Translations under genes and position numbers: made by a program
Assembly (NCBI GenBank): GCA_951406725.2
Contig: OX597823.1
Span: forward strand, 4,526,001 to 4,590,000
DNA: 64,000 bases
Reading direction: 5' to 3'
Origin: Octopus vulgaris
Taxonomy: Eukaryota
Notes under the pieces: generated by a model
What the model was told of the DNA's origin: nothing
Databases searched by the model: none
Seen by the model: the letters and a program-made list of their open reading frames with translations, nothing else
Shown: piece after piece, positions 48,397 through 62,384 of the stretch
Layout: every line of letters begins with the position of its first letter
How positions within the stretch are numbered: position 1 is the first letter of the stretch

Positions 48397-51300
48397 GGGT
48401 ATTGAATTATGAACAAATTGCATCTGGAAGGGTGTGGCTAATTTAAGGCTAAAACTCACTAATTTCCAATCAAATACCAATGTAATAACTAGTATTCACC
48501 AAACACATATTTCAATTATATCAATATATAATATCCCTGAATGTTTATTTTTTTTATCAGTTTCATTAAATTTCTTTAAATTAATTTTTATTTTGTAAAT
48601 TTACATTTAGGAGTGGATAACCTATCATTGATATAAGTTTGCCAACCCCTGCTTGAAAATACCCTCTTTCCATTTCATTAAATGTTATTTCTAAATCAGG
48701 AGTAGGCAACCCATTGGTCAGTGTGGAAATAGTGGGGTCGTGTGTTTATCTGACTTACAGACTTTTGCCCCTTATTCTAAATATTTCATTTGACTTCACT
48801 GATGGATCATGAATGGTGTCTGGTTACATTGTCCCAAAGGGTCATGGGAGGAAGGACTACCTCGTTAATATTCATTAGCTGCTCTAGTTATATTATTAGA
48901 TTTTCAGAGGATTTGTTCAGACTTGTAGGAGAAAGAGCATCACTGTGTTTTAACAAGGGATCCATTCTAAATATCTGTTCAAAGAAAAAAATATATATTC
49001 AAATGATTTGCAAGGAATATTTAGGATTAAGCATCTTTGAGTGGTGCCCCTTCAGATTTAGAGTTGGCCCTTTTGATGCCAAACTTCCATCAAAATTCCA
49101 TATTAATCTATGATCAAAACTACATCTTAATAAGAACAGAATTAATTTACTAAATTCCTTGTTATCAAAATTAATTGAACCGAAAAAAAAAAAGTTTTAC
49201 AACAGAAATATAATAACAAAAGGGTTAAGAAGGGTAAAAGTTCAAAGGCATCCCAACTATGACCATCCAGTCATTTTTTATTTAATCACAATAAATCCCA
49301 GACTAAATCATCCAATGATGGTAGGGTGTGATCGGACCCTTTTGGAACCAATCTTCCTGAGAGTGTCTCTGGTTCTTCTATGATATTAATTTGCTGTTTT
49401 AAAGTAAACTACAATAAAATGTTACGTTCCAAACACCAGTTTCATAATTTCAAAGTTAATTTACTAAATTCTTCAGTATTTTCAAAATTAATTGTAACAA
49501 AGCAGTGTATTTCAACAGAGATATGGTGTCAAAGGAGTTAATAAACCTGCTAGGGAGATACTTCACACATTAGTAGGGATATCTCATGCAAGTTCTTTAC
49601 GTCGCTTTCTATAACAGGATATCAGATGAATTGGGCATTCACATGTGCTACAATGCTTGTTGGATAACTTTTAAAATAGAATGAAAGCAAAAAAAAAAGT
49701 TTCCATGGCAATTGAGTACAAAATGAAGGCAGGGAGGTGCTGAGTGCTGAAATATTGAAGGTGTTTGGACACTAGGTTATTTCATTAACTACACCTAGAT
49801 ATCACTGGGACACATTTACCTGGACAGTATGGGGGTGCAAGAAGGGTGGCAAGTATCAGGCAACACTACAAGACCTGCCATAGTGGGAATTTTAGCAAGT
49901 TTAGTGGACAGGCAGGGAAAGAAGAAGGCGAATAACTGAAAGCCAGTTTCGAAAAGAAACAGAAATTTTTGGTCAGGAAAAAAGTGGAAATAACAAAAGA
50001 ACCAGTTGCATTTCTCTTCTAATTGGTGGAGGTTTATCAAAGCCTGTCTATTGGCAGTGGTGGATGTTGATTGTCCTGAAAAGAAATTAGATTTCCATCT
50101 CTCTCAACCTTTCTAAAACAACACTGTCATGGTGAGGAGTTGAAGAAATGATAGCTGTTGAAATTCGTTTGTAGGAGGGTTGTAATAATTGAGTTTGATG
50201 GGGAACACACAATGTTTTGGGCTGGGGTTTTTTTTTCTTTTTTTTTTTTTTTTGGCTAGAGAAAGGTTAATTCTTCAAATTTTTGAAAAAAAAGGGTTTC
50301 TTCAATTCCTTTGAAGAATATAATTAGTGAAGCTAATATTTTTGAAGCTTTGTTGAAAAATGATGTCAAAAACAAAACCAGAAGTGTCAAAGTTAAATGG
50401 TTTCACAATTTATGGGGCGCCAGTGATAACAAGAAGGGTAAAAGGCATCGTTGCATTGCTACAAGGACCAAAGCCTTGAAATCACTCAGAAACTAGTTTT
50501 AAGTCATTGCCATCCCTCAAGGAGTATTATGTGCTAAATCTTTGAAATTAAAAAAAAAAAGAAAAAACTTATGGCCATTGTTGTGAAGACTGTGAATGCA
50601 ATCTTGTCTCATAAATTAAATTAGCAGTTCCAGTAACCATTGGGAGTTTAACAGAGAGTCAGTCCTGGAAAGAGAAGTCATATTATATGAAGAGACAGCA
50701 ATGTTTTTTGAAGGCAAAAATGTGATTGCTTCCCCACTTTTTTTTTTTTCTTCTGTGATCTCGGTTAGTTTGTAGCCTTAAGTATTGTGGACATCGATAA
50801 TCGTTTGAATGACTAGAATTTAGAACTTTACAGACAGAGAACAAAACAACAAAATCTGCTGAGACAGTGATATTGTAACATTTGAAAGAAAGCTGCAGTT
50901 GTGAGAAGACTGGTTTCAAAAAGGAAATTGCACATTTTCCAGAAAAAAAACCCCAAAAAATCACAATGTCCGGGCAATTTTGTGGATCGTCACTTAACAT
51001 CCTTTTTCCCAGGCTGGCATGGATTGGACGATTCGACACGAACTGACATCAACCAGCAAGGTCTGTTTCAGCATGGTTGCCATGGCTGGATACCCTTTCT
51101 GACACCAACCATTTTACAGTGTGGGTTTTTTTTTCATGGCACCAGCACTAGTAAACTCACTGTGATACTTGCAAAACCCCTCAACTATGGTGGGGTGGGG
51201 GTGGCCTGAGAATTAGGGATACAAGTTCTCTCTCCTGATTTTTGCTTGCTTTCCTGTGAATTCAAGTTTTCTACATCATTTGATGTTAATGTTGACATTG

Positions 51301-54129
51301 CATCAGATAATTACCATATGTAATTAATAACGATATATTGAAATTAAAATTGCTTCCTGAATATGTCATTTGTGTGACTTGTATAGAAAATATATTCATC
51401 CAGGAGCGAAATATACTTAATTACTGACAAAGATAACATCTTTGTTTGGTAGCATTTTTATGTGAGGCCAGGTGCGGAGACCTGTGGCCATTGCAGCATG
51501 TTGTCAATATATTCCCAGGTCCTCTTAAATAACCTGTTTAGCAGAGTCCCAGTCAGCTTCCATCTCACTTTTTGTGCATGAAGAATTATTTTCAAAACAC
51601 GAGACCCATCAAGAAATGTTTGGGAAAATTGATTGATAACCTATGAGGGGACGTTTGTCTTGTTACTGGCATGGACAGGTCTGACGCTAAATATTTTGGG
51701 AATTTTCAAGCAACAAGTATCAAGTTTCGAATTTCTTGCAGATAATGAAAATAACAAGAGGTAGATTTACCCTTTTGAGAGAACAGAGATTTTTACTCTA
51801 GGAAAAAACAAAGCAGTTTTCTGAGAAATATTATTTTGTGTGTTTATTTATAAAGAAAAATAAATTAAAAGACATGTCTAAGAAATGAGGCAACAATTAG
51901 TATTGAGTTAATGAGGTTTTAAGCTCATTACAGCTTTTTTGATGAAATTAACTCTGAGTAATTAATCTGCCAGTCAGATTTGTTTGGCTTATATTCTTGG
52001 CATTGGTTCAAATCCTTTTGCAACCATATTTCTGTTGAATACATTGTTTTTGTTTCAGTTAGTTTTGAAAATTAGGAAGAATTTAGTAAATGACTGCCAT
52101 TATTCAGCTGGTGTTTGGAACCTAAATCAACATGGAAATTTTGCTGGAAGATTTTAGTGTTGGTCACTTTAAAACAGGAAGTATCACAGGACCAGGGACA
52201 GTCTCAGACAGGTTGGGTATCAAGAGTTGAGCCGTAAGACTATACTCATTGCAGTCGCCATGTGTATACATGCAGTTTTTATTATTTTTAACTTAGTAAT
52301 TTCATAGTGTAAACAAAACAGATGATATCTGTGCCCTGTTAGATGAGAGAATTTAAATGTTTTAACCTTAAAGATAGCAATCCACTCGAGACCATCTCTG
52401 CTTCTATGATACAAGCTTTGTTTTTAAGTGATGTGAATTAAAACTCTCCATCCAAATTTCATGTTAATTTATGTTCCAAACACCTAGTAATTTTCATTAA
52501 ATTCCTCAATATTTTCAAAATTAATTGAATGAAGGATAATCTGTTTCAACAGTAATACGGAAGCAAAATGGTTAAGCAGGTTACTTTTTGATGGATTGGG
52601 TGATTTCATATGTAAAATTCTTTGAATAACTTACAAATAATGTTTTAATTTCACAAAAATCTCTTCACCATTTTGTGGTTTTTATTTTGGTTTTAAATTC
52701 AAATCCTGATCTAAAAATTTGTTTCAAATAATTACAAAGCCCACTCCTGATTAAAGAAAGAAATATTCCAGTGTTAACTCAGTAGCAAGAATCCGGCTGA
52801 CCAAGTCACTAAAGCTTGTTTAGTAGATAAATGGTCCATAATTCACAGACTTATCATGTGGTGCCGTGTCCATTATGATAAAGATAATTTTAAACAGACC
52901 GGCACAAATAGCTGAGGGAGAATATACTGGATGCTGCGGAGGAGAAGAACGATTTACCAATGAACACAACGGAAATACTGCATAACAAACAAGTCTTTTG
53001 TTATTAAGAGAAGCTGGTACAATCCTCAGCACAGCAGGCAAAAAGCTTAGCAAGCCCCAGTTGAACACTTGGCTCAATGTAATCAATTTATTCCATCCCT
53101 CGAAATTGCTGGCCTTGTGCCAAAATTTGAAACCATTTATTAAGGTGACACACAAAATGCTTAGCAGTATTTCTTCCACCTCTTTGTGTTCTGACTTCAA
53201 ATATTGGCTGCTGTCAACTTTTCATCCTTCCGAGAGTTGATAAAAATAGTTCTGTTTAAACACCGGGATGAATATAATCAACTAACCCCTTTTCCTTAAA
53301 GTTACAAGCCTCCTGCTAAAATTTGAAATTATGAGAGCATCAGAAAATAAAATACCTTGTGTTATTTCTTCAGGTATTTTGAGGTTAATTCCCACAGAGT
53401 CAATACTGCTTTCATCATTTTGGGGATGATAAAATAAGGGACCTGTCAAGTACTGGGGGTTGATTGACCACTCCCCACCATTATTTTACAGAACTAAGTA
53501 CAAGTTCCCTTGAAAGAGATTTGGGTTTTCACTACACTGACTTAACCTAAAAGAAGAGTTTTCAAGAGAAAACAGACCAGCAAGGTTTAGGAGAGATGCA
53601 ACCCCAAAACAAGAAAGGAACAGCTGCAGGGATTCTTTGTTTTACCAAAGACAATAAATTAAGAAGCAGATACGAAATATTAAAACTTGAAAGAAATGGA
53701 TTCTTACTATTCTATCATTTATCTTTTGTTCCAACCATTACGCTGGAGCACTGCCTTTAAGAATTTTTAGTCAAATGAATCCACCCCAGTATGAATATTT
53801 TTCTTTTTTAAACTTGGTACTTCTCTCTAAATTATGGGGGTATAAGCACTGGTTGTCAAGCGGTGGTAGGGGACAAACACAAACACACACATATATACCA
53901 AATCCACTCACAAGGCTTCAGTTGTTGATGCTACAGTAGAAGCCACTTGCCCAAGGTGCCACACAGTGAGACTGAACCTGCAACCATGTAGCTGGAAAGC
54001 AAGCGTCTTACCACACAGCCATGTCTGCTGCACCTTGTTTTGTGCGTTAATAGACATAAAAAAGAAGAAAAAAATTACGAAATTAGGTAACAAGCAATAT
54101 TGAATTTAAGGGTCATGCTTTTTATGGCT

Positions 54130-54358
54130 TTAAACCTTTTTTGATAACAACCCACCTGAAACCATCTTTGGTTCTATGATGCGAAACTAGTTTTAAACTA
54201 ACCTAAATTAAAAAGCATCCATCAAAATTCCGCATTAATTTCTTTTCCAAAAACCAATTTAATAATGACAAAATTAATTTGCTAAATTCTTTGTTATCTT
54301 GAAAATCAATTCAAATAATGGCAGAATGTTTCAACAGAGATAGAACGAAAGGGGTTAA
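54130..54358. mobile_element. piggyBac-type MITE (second family; relatives at ~37230-37333, ~49030-49230 and ~52020-52576)
   Basis: ttaaacct...aggggttaa ends, with a shared ggttctatgat/ccatcaaaattcc body. Confidence 0.55.
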
Positions 54359-55133
54359 TGACAGAGAATGTATATTTTGCAATTTATTAAGTGACTCACT
54401 GGAAACTAAAGTAGCTCTATGGAGAGAGTGTGTGATTCTGAGGATCCAAGGATCACAGGTTCAAACTAAGCTCAGGCAGGTTGAGGCAGTTCTGTGGAGT
54501 TCCTGAAATTTATTGTTTGACTTAATGTATTATGAATAAAGAAAATATGAATTTAAGATTAATTATATATTTGCAGTAAATAGAGGCATGGCTGTGTGAT
54601 TAAGAAGTTTGTTTAGCAAACACAGTTTCAGGCACCCTGGGTAATAGACTTTTGTTATAGTTGTGAGCCATCCAATGTATTTAAGAGAATTTAGTAAATA
54701 AAAACTGTATGGAAGCTTGGGTGTGTGTACGTGTGTCTTTGTGGTACTTTTTTATTAACCCTGGAGGGATGAAAAACAAAGTTGCCTTCAGCAGGATTTG
54801 AAACCAAAACATAAAGAGCCACAAGAAACGCTGCTGAGCATTTTGCCCAATGTTCTAACGATTCCAGCACATTTGTCGAGTACATTTATATCAGCTGTAA
54901 ACTGAAATAATTAAAATGTGATACAATTAGTAAGAAAGGAGGTGGGGAGAGTCATAATCCCAACAGATCTTTGCTCAATTCGTTTAAACTACCATTAATT
55001 ACATCTTACATAATTGATACACACCAAATACATGTTAAAAACTAAAGTCATTATTTGCAATTGTCTCAATTGAAATTAATAGGAAATTATTAAAAAAACA
55101 TTGAAATTAAGAACATCTTTACAAATTACACAT

Positions 55134-55139
55134 TTTATT
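55134..55139 (-). terminator. Candidate distal poly(A) signal of the kinesin-13 gene (proximal candidate at 56922-56927)
   Basis: AATAAA on the minus strand followed by T-rich downstream sequence at both sites. Confidence 0.4.
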
Positions 55140-56319
55140 TGGAGGAGAATTAAAAAAAAAAAAAAAAGGTAAAAATTCAAACCATGTTCTCTCAACATTT
55201 AACACTAAAGTTCTATTAGGATTCCAAAAAGCATTTGTTGCCAAGCACTTTCAACTGACTGCTTTGTTGTAGGGTGTTATCTAGCAACATTTCACCAACT
55301 TAACTGCTTTACTTCAACCACCATCTGCAAGCATGTAAGATAGACATTCTTTCATTGAAAGAAAATTTGGGGTTTTTTATTATTTTGATATCAAATGAGT
55401 TTTATTTATTTTTTAAATCTTATCTTTACATATCAAAATTTTTCAAGAGGGGGTAAAAAAAATTCTGCCAATAATTGGGCTGATAGATTGCATTGAAAAA
55501 ATTCAAGCTGTAATACAAATATTATGGTTGTTAGAAAAGGACTAAGTCCTTCCCCTTGTGTAGCACTGGTACCAAACAACTGCAGACAATAGAGATTGTT
55601 AATGGGAGAGCACAAGTCACATAGAATTCCTGTATGGTGTGGTAGAAACAAGTTTGTACGGCTGTAAACTATGCAAGATATATACTTGATAGCTTTAAGC
55701 TATACCAGATATATATTTGTCTAGCTGTAAGCAACAGAACATTTAAAAACTAAAGCAGAGAATTAATTACTTTGCAAATAACTAAACAAATGCATTCATC
55801 GTCACCATCGTTTGTTTTCCATGCAGACATGGGCTGGACAGTTTGATATGGAGCTGGCCAGCTGGGAGTTGTCTATTGTGGCACGGTTTCTAACGGCTGG
55901 ACACCCTTCCTAAGGCCAACCACTTAACAGTGTGCTGGGTCCTTTTTACGTACCCCTGTCAAGGGTAGTTATGCAGCAATCAGCACGGGGATTTTTAGGT
56001 GAACCCAGCCCAGATGTGTGGAAGACACCGGTTTTACTTAGCTTGACACACAGGATTATCCTTTCAGGTGCTGCATAAGTATATATATACATATACACAC
56101 ACACATATATATAATGTGGCTGGTACAAAGTTCCAGCTAAGCTGAGGATGACACGGTGGTGGAACAACGAGGTAGACAGTGCTATAAAAGCAAAGAGACT
56201 CCTTATATATATACACATGCACACGTGTATACATATATATACATATATATATATACACACACACATACATGTATAGATATATATACATGTATAGATATAC
56301 ATACATGTGTGTGTGTATA

Positions 56320-56358
<39 letters not shown>

Positions 56359-57001
56359 GTATAGATATATACATATATGTATGGTGATACAAACAGGCTA
56401 AATAGAACTCAAAATATGAGTATATATGTTTTTGTTAATATTTAGCAGAAATAAAGTGAGCAGGCAATGTGATGGATGACAACTGCAGAGGATAGTGAAT
56501 TGCAGCAAACATTTGCAGAAAATGCACAAACAGTTCGGTAAGTTCACTGTCCTGGGTAACCATAGTAATGCCTTTAATTTGAAAATAAATGAAGGCCAAG
56601 AGTTGTGAACCTCCTTTGAAGAAAAACAAATAATAATAATAATAATGTCCTTCTGTGATGTGACAAAATATTGGAAGAAAAAAAAATTGTCAGTTTGCAA
56701 TAAATATTTATTTCAGTTCTTTTTGGGTGAAATCTACCACAAACAGAAATTATTTAACACCATGGGGCTCAGGCAGGGATGGGGGATATTAGCCAGAGAA
56801 TATACATACAATAATGTATATAATATCCTTCTATGCAGAATCTGTTGGAATTATTTAAAAAGGGAAGAAAAAAAAAAAAAAAAAAAGTAGCAATCACCAC
56901 GGAATAATTTTTTGTGCAGGTTTTATTATTTTCAGTAAGTTTAGTTAATTTGAGACTTTATATATACATACACACACACATATATATATATAAAGTAGAG
57001 A

Positions 57002-57041
<40 letters not shown>

Positions 57042-57354
57042 AGGCTGAAAGGTTGATGTGGTCCATAAACCATCAGATTGTATATCAAACAGGTTGAGTA
57101 GGCAATGTGATGCTAGATGAGAGAAGCTTAAAGTAGCCGAGATTTTTGTTGTAATAATAACTCTATTATTGAAATATCATATTGGTAAATAATGTTGCAG
57201 GATGGCATGGATGAAAGAGTGAAAGAGTTTCCTCTACAGGGGGGACCTCATATGAGATGTCTCACTGAGCACACAGCTAACGACACGTTCCCCTCTCACA
57301 TGGCTGCAACTATCGCTTCTTTTAGTTGCTAACTTCATGGTACTCACAACAAAA

Positions 57355-57440
57355 CTATTTGGTTGCAGTCCTCCGGTTCTTCATTGTTTTACTAAAATTT
57401 TCTTCTTCTTGCATTTCTCTTCGAAAATTGCTAAGTTTTT
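57355..57440 (-). CDS. KIF2A: Kinesin-13 (KIF2A-like) last coding exon ((E)KLSNFRREMQEEENFSKTMKNRRTATK*)
   Basis: gatttcag acceptor, phase 1; TAG at 57355-57357. Aligns without gaps to the KIF2A tail [20 protein letters not shown] as recalled. Confidence 0.85.
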
Positions 57441-59359
57441 CTGAAATCAAACACAATATTCTGTTAGCAGAATCAATGTACATTTAAAAAGAGAAATTAA
57501 GTCTTTTTCCCACCCCTTTCTCTCACAATGTCTCTCCCATCATAGTCTTGCTACCTTTACCCACCCACCCACCCATTCTGGTTCTCTGCTCTTATTACTC
57601 ACTCTCCCATTCACCTTCTCAGTCACATTGCTTTGGGTGACTGAGGTCTCAAGAGTGGTGAGGAGCCTTTTACTCTTGCAGTGGACAAAGCAATCCTTCT
57701 CGCTTTAATACCATAATATAATGCATCCAGTACTTTCTGTAAAGTGGTTAGCAAATGGGCTGAAGATGTGTACAGTGATGCAGTCCCATTAATCTTTATC
57801 TTGTCAAGGACATTACAACCTCTCTGGCGCTGGTGGCATGATGCATTTACATTCACCATTTAACTTCCGTGGAATTTGTTGAGACAGATTTTCTACAGTT
57901 AGATGCTCTCCCTGTTGCCAACCCTCACCCACTTCCAGTGACAATTTTCCTATTCCGCAGTGGTAGGCCCCTCATCTGGTATTGCACATGCTGCAGCAAC
58001 CTGGTGTGCTCAGCTGCCAGCCCCGTCTTCACTGCTTGTCAAACCAAGAAAGAAAAACTGTCAAAGTATCAGCTACTCCCTGACAGATTTGTGACTGAGC
58101 CTGTAGCAATGGGGACCCCCAACTTTCTTGTGTCTCACCTCACCCCCACCCAACTACATCTCTGCTATTGAGGCAGAGACAGCTATTCACATGCATGAGC
58201 CCTGTGAGTTGGAGTGGCCATTCCAGTGCATTACCCCTGCCAACCTCTGGAGCAACACACTTTCCATTTTGTCTGCTGGGAGAAAACCCATGCGTCTCAT
58301 AAATGTAATGTCTATCAGGACAAATTTTGGAAATCATTTATACCTTGTGGTGCTTCCAGGACTAAAGTGAATAGAAGTAGAGTATTTTCCCATGACCATA
58401 CATGCTTTAATAGAAGCTTTGAAGCAAAGGGTACCATTTGTATAACAATAGTGATGCTGGTTTACAACAATTGTGAAGCACCAAGCCACGGAGAATGAGT
58501 TCCCTGTTTGCATCTGCCAAATCTACTCACAAGGTTTTTTTTGGTTGGCCCAGTTACATAGACAAAGCCACTTCGTGCCACACAGAGGGACTGAACCAAC
58601 TACCAAGTGGCTGAGAAGCAAATCTAACCACACAGCCATGTTTATATATGGAACATGGGTGTTAAATGGTTGTATGTTTCTTGTGTTTTGATTCAGTCCA
58701 TTAGATTGCAGTTGCGCTGGGGCACCACCTCGAACTTTTGAGACAAATGAATTGACACCAAATCTTTGGGTTTTTTTTGTAAATCCAGTACTTATTCTAT
58801 TGGTCTCTTTTGCTGAAGTGTTAAGTTAGGGATGTAAACATGCCAACACCAATTGTCAAGCAGCTGTGGTGGACGACAAACAGAAACAAAGACAGACATG
58901 ACAGGCTTCCTTCAGTTTCCATCTACCAAATCCACTCACAAGGCTTTGGTCAGCCCAAGGCAATAGAAGACACTTGCCCAAGGCGCCACACTGTGGGACT
59001 GAACCCAGAATCACGAGACTGAGAAGCAAGGATTCTTTCAGTTTCCATCTACCAAATCCACTCAAATGGCTTTGGTCAGCTGAGGGCCGCAACTTCATAA
59101 ATCACTTCAACAGTAAATGATTTCTGAACATATTTAAGCATTCAGACAATGACTCTCCCAGCAAATACTCGAGAGATATTAAGGAGTTGATGATACAAAA
59201 GTGAACTGGAAGAATTCGCCAGGACATGAACCAGAAAAATAAACAACTACTTTTGTTGAGGTTCATGCCTTCCTTTAATTTGAAGACCCGTAATCAATTT
59301 GTGGATATTCTCAACAAAGACATTGAAATCTTTTTTTGTAGAAATTGAAAGAAACTTAC

Positions 59360-59422
59360 CATGAAAGGATTTTAGTTTACTGAGTTGTTTAATGAGAAGA
59401 GCATCCAGTGATTTTGTGTATT
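59360..59422 (-). CDS. KIF2A: Kinesin-13 penultimate coding exon ((E)YTKSLDALLIKQLSKLKSFH)
   Basis: Long pyrimidine tract plus tttcag; G|GTAAGT donor; 63 bp, phase 1-1. Aligns to [20 protein letters not shown]. Confidence 0.85.
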
Positions 59423-60857
59423 CTGAAAGGAGGAGAGAGAGAGAGAGAGAAAAAAAAAAGGGTTTCAATTGAATAATAATTTATGGAGATGTACTTGTAT
59501 AGCAAGTAACCTGATCGGAGATCGTGTGCTGAAAGAAAAACAATTGCATATAAACAGACAAACAAGATGAGGACAAATATCCATCGAATGTAAATAATGC
59601 ATATAATTCCTTATCTGTTAAATATAGAACAATTACAGCTATTCACCTACAGACCCTGAGTTCCCACTCTTAAAGCCACCAATAAGAACACAATATAGTC
59701 CTGAGACACACATACACATCCATGCAATGCACCTGATAAAAAAAAAGCTGGTTTCATCTGAAAGAAACCAAAAAATATCTGTTCCTTGTTGATATTCACA
59801 GATTTGTGATATGTCTTTGTTTTACTTGTTTTCAATCATTTGGACTGCGACCATGCTGGGGCACTGTCTTGATGGTACAGGAAAACAAAATCAACCCCAG
59901 CACTCATCTTTCATATCTGGTACTTACTGTACAATTTGCTTTTCTATTTTGGCCAAACTGATAAGTTACAGTGATGTAAACAAACCAACAGCAGTGGAGG
60001 TGGAAGTAGGGTCAAACGCACACACAATATAATCTGATGGTTTCCAAACAGTTTCACTCTACCAAATTTATTCAGGGGGTTTTGGTTAGTCTGAGATTAT
60101 AGCAAAAGACATTTACCCAAGGTGCCATGCAGTGGGATTGAACCCCAGATCAGGTGGTTGGGAAGCAAACTTCTTAACCGCACACCCATGTTCTGTGCTT
60201 GTTATTCACAACGTTTACCTCCCTTTGTTCACTAATTACTGCCTACATTCAAACAGTAAATAAGATTGGTTATGTAAGGTGACAGAAACTTCTGGAACAG
60301 TGACCAAGTAAAGAATAATCTGAGTTGTTTTAATGTCTGAAATATTTTCTGAATCCCAAAAGGAAAATTTCTTAAAATTAAACTTTTGCAAATACTGAAA
60401 TTTAAGGAGATAAAAACAAAAACTACATCTGTCCTCATTCATCTTGGAAGTCTGGTTCCTAAAAATCAGTGATAAACGAATTGTAAATGAATCAAAGAGT
60501 AGATTCCCTGACACCAAATTTGTAGCCCACAGCAACCAAATTGTCAGATTCAAGGGGGAGAGTCATGGCGAAATTAGTTATTTCAAATATCTGCCCTTGA
60601 GTCACTTTTGTAACAAAAGAAGTTATTTTACTAAATCCTTCCAAATTCTTGGTTATTTTCTAAGTTATAAAATACAGGTACTGTCGTATTTTATGTCCGG
60701 ACCGTTAACTATGTACCTAATGTGTATCTTGACAGTTTTACAACTTTCAAGGGACCTGTGTTAGAAATAACACAAATTTCCTTCAAATCACACCCTTTTT
60801 TTTTTTTTTTTTTTTTACAAAAAGTAAAGGAAGACGCTGGTATGGTCATGTGTTACA

Positions 60858-61566
60858 TATGGATGTGGACAGCTGTGTGAGGAAGTGCCACTCCCTAAAT
60901 GTGGAAGGAACCTTTGGAAGAAGTAGACCCAGGAAAACATGGGATAAGGTGGTGAAGCCTGACCTTCGAACATTGAGCCTCACAGAGGCAATGACAGGAG
61001 ACTGAGACCTTTAGAGAAATGCTGTAACTGAGAGGACCCAGTAACTAAAGTGAGATTACAGCCATGGCCAGTGCAGCATGTCCGGCCCACTGAAGAGTAA
61101 CCGAGTGATATGACATGCTTGAGAAAACCTGTTGAGTCAAGTAAGACCAAAATCATAGTTGTGGCCAGTGACCCCTGACTGGCCCCCGTTCTGGTCACAT
61201 GTAAAATGCATTATCCAAACGTGGTCGAAGCCAGTGTCTGCTGACTGGCTCTCATGCCAGTGGCACATAAAAAGCACCACCCAAACGTGGCCAATGCCAG
61301 GACCCGCTGACTGGGTCCTGTGTCAGTGGCACATAAAAAGAACCATCCAAACGTAATCGATGCGAGGCCCACCTGACTTGCTCCTGCACTGGTGGCACGT
61401 AAAAAGAACCCACTACACTCTAGGAGTGGTTGGTGTTAGGAAGGGCATCCAGCTGTAGAAACATTACCAGATCAGATTGGAGCCTGGTGCAGCTGCTGGC
61501 TCTCCAGACTGTTCAGTCAAACCATCCACCCATGCCAGCATGGAAAACAGATGTTAAAGGATGATG
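60858..61566 (+). mobile_element. RTE LINE 3' part with repeat-bearing 3' UTR
   Basis: VEGTFGRSRPRKTWDKVV motif; UTR repeats gtggcacataaaaag; terminus as in the other copies. Confidence 0.85.
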
Positions 61567-61845
61567 AAAGAATGTATAGCTGAAGACACATATCTGGAAA
61601 GGAAAGAGTCAGGGTGGTTATGGTTTGACACGTGTGAGTGTGTGTGTGTGTGTATGTGTGTGTGTGTGTGTGTGTTGTCATCATTTAACATGTGTTTTCC
61701 ATGCTAGCAATAGGTTCGGCTGCAGATACCATACCAAAACAGACAATAGAGCCTGGCACAGCTCCCAACCATACCACCTCCTGTCAAACCACCCAACCCT
61801 TACCAGCATGGAAAAACAGACATTAAATGCTGTGTGTGTGAATAA

Positions 61846-61881
<36 letters not shown>

Positions 61882-62021
61882 ATATGTGTATGAATTACAG
61901 GTCTGCTCAAGGAATCATTGCAAGTCTGCTAGAATTAAAGGGAAAGAAGAACAGAAATAATATTTTTCATTGATAAAGTTTTTTGTGGATACAGCAACAA
62001 CAACAACCAACAAATAATTAC

Positions 62022-62094
62022 CTTCCACATCATAATCAACTTCCTCTGTCATCTTCATTAATTTTCGGTTATCAATTAAGAACTTTTGAGTATG
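62022..62094 (-). CDS. KIF2A: Kinesin-13 coding exon (HTQKFLIDNRKLMKMTEEVDYDVE); upstream exons lie beyond the window
   Basis: tttctttcag acceptor and G|GTAATT donor; 73 bp. MTEEVDYDV is the conserved KIF2A/kinesin-13 C-terminal motif. Confidence 0.88.
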
Positions 62095-62384
62095 CTGAAA
62101 GAAAAATTGAAAAATGTTCTTTTGTTAGGAATCATTTAGTTATCAGTATTTTTGTTAATGATGTAGGGAGAGGAGAAAGCAGTGTCAATAACACACACAC
62201 ACACACACACATATATGTCTTTGGTGTCGTAATTGTGCACGGCTGAGGAAGGCTATTGACATACATGTTACATTAATTATGCATTGATATAAACTGTACA
62301 ATAAAGCCAGAAACATATGTACTGCTAAATCCTTTGCATCCTCTTTTTCTTTCGATAAATATATATATATATATATAGTGAGAA

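Noticed and set aside
52820-52915. Possible plus-strand terminal exon (VDKWSIIHRLIMWCRVHYDKDNFKQTGTNS*) in non-repetitive sequence
   Set aside because: Weak acceptor, no recognisable homology and no partner exons found; cannot be supported without RNA data.
60232-60553. Minus-strand ORFs between kinesin exons
   Set aside because: The flanking exons already join in phase and align to kinesin-13 without a gap; these ORFs show no recognisable similarity.
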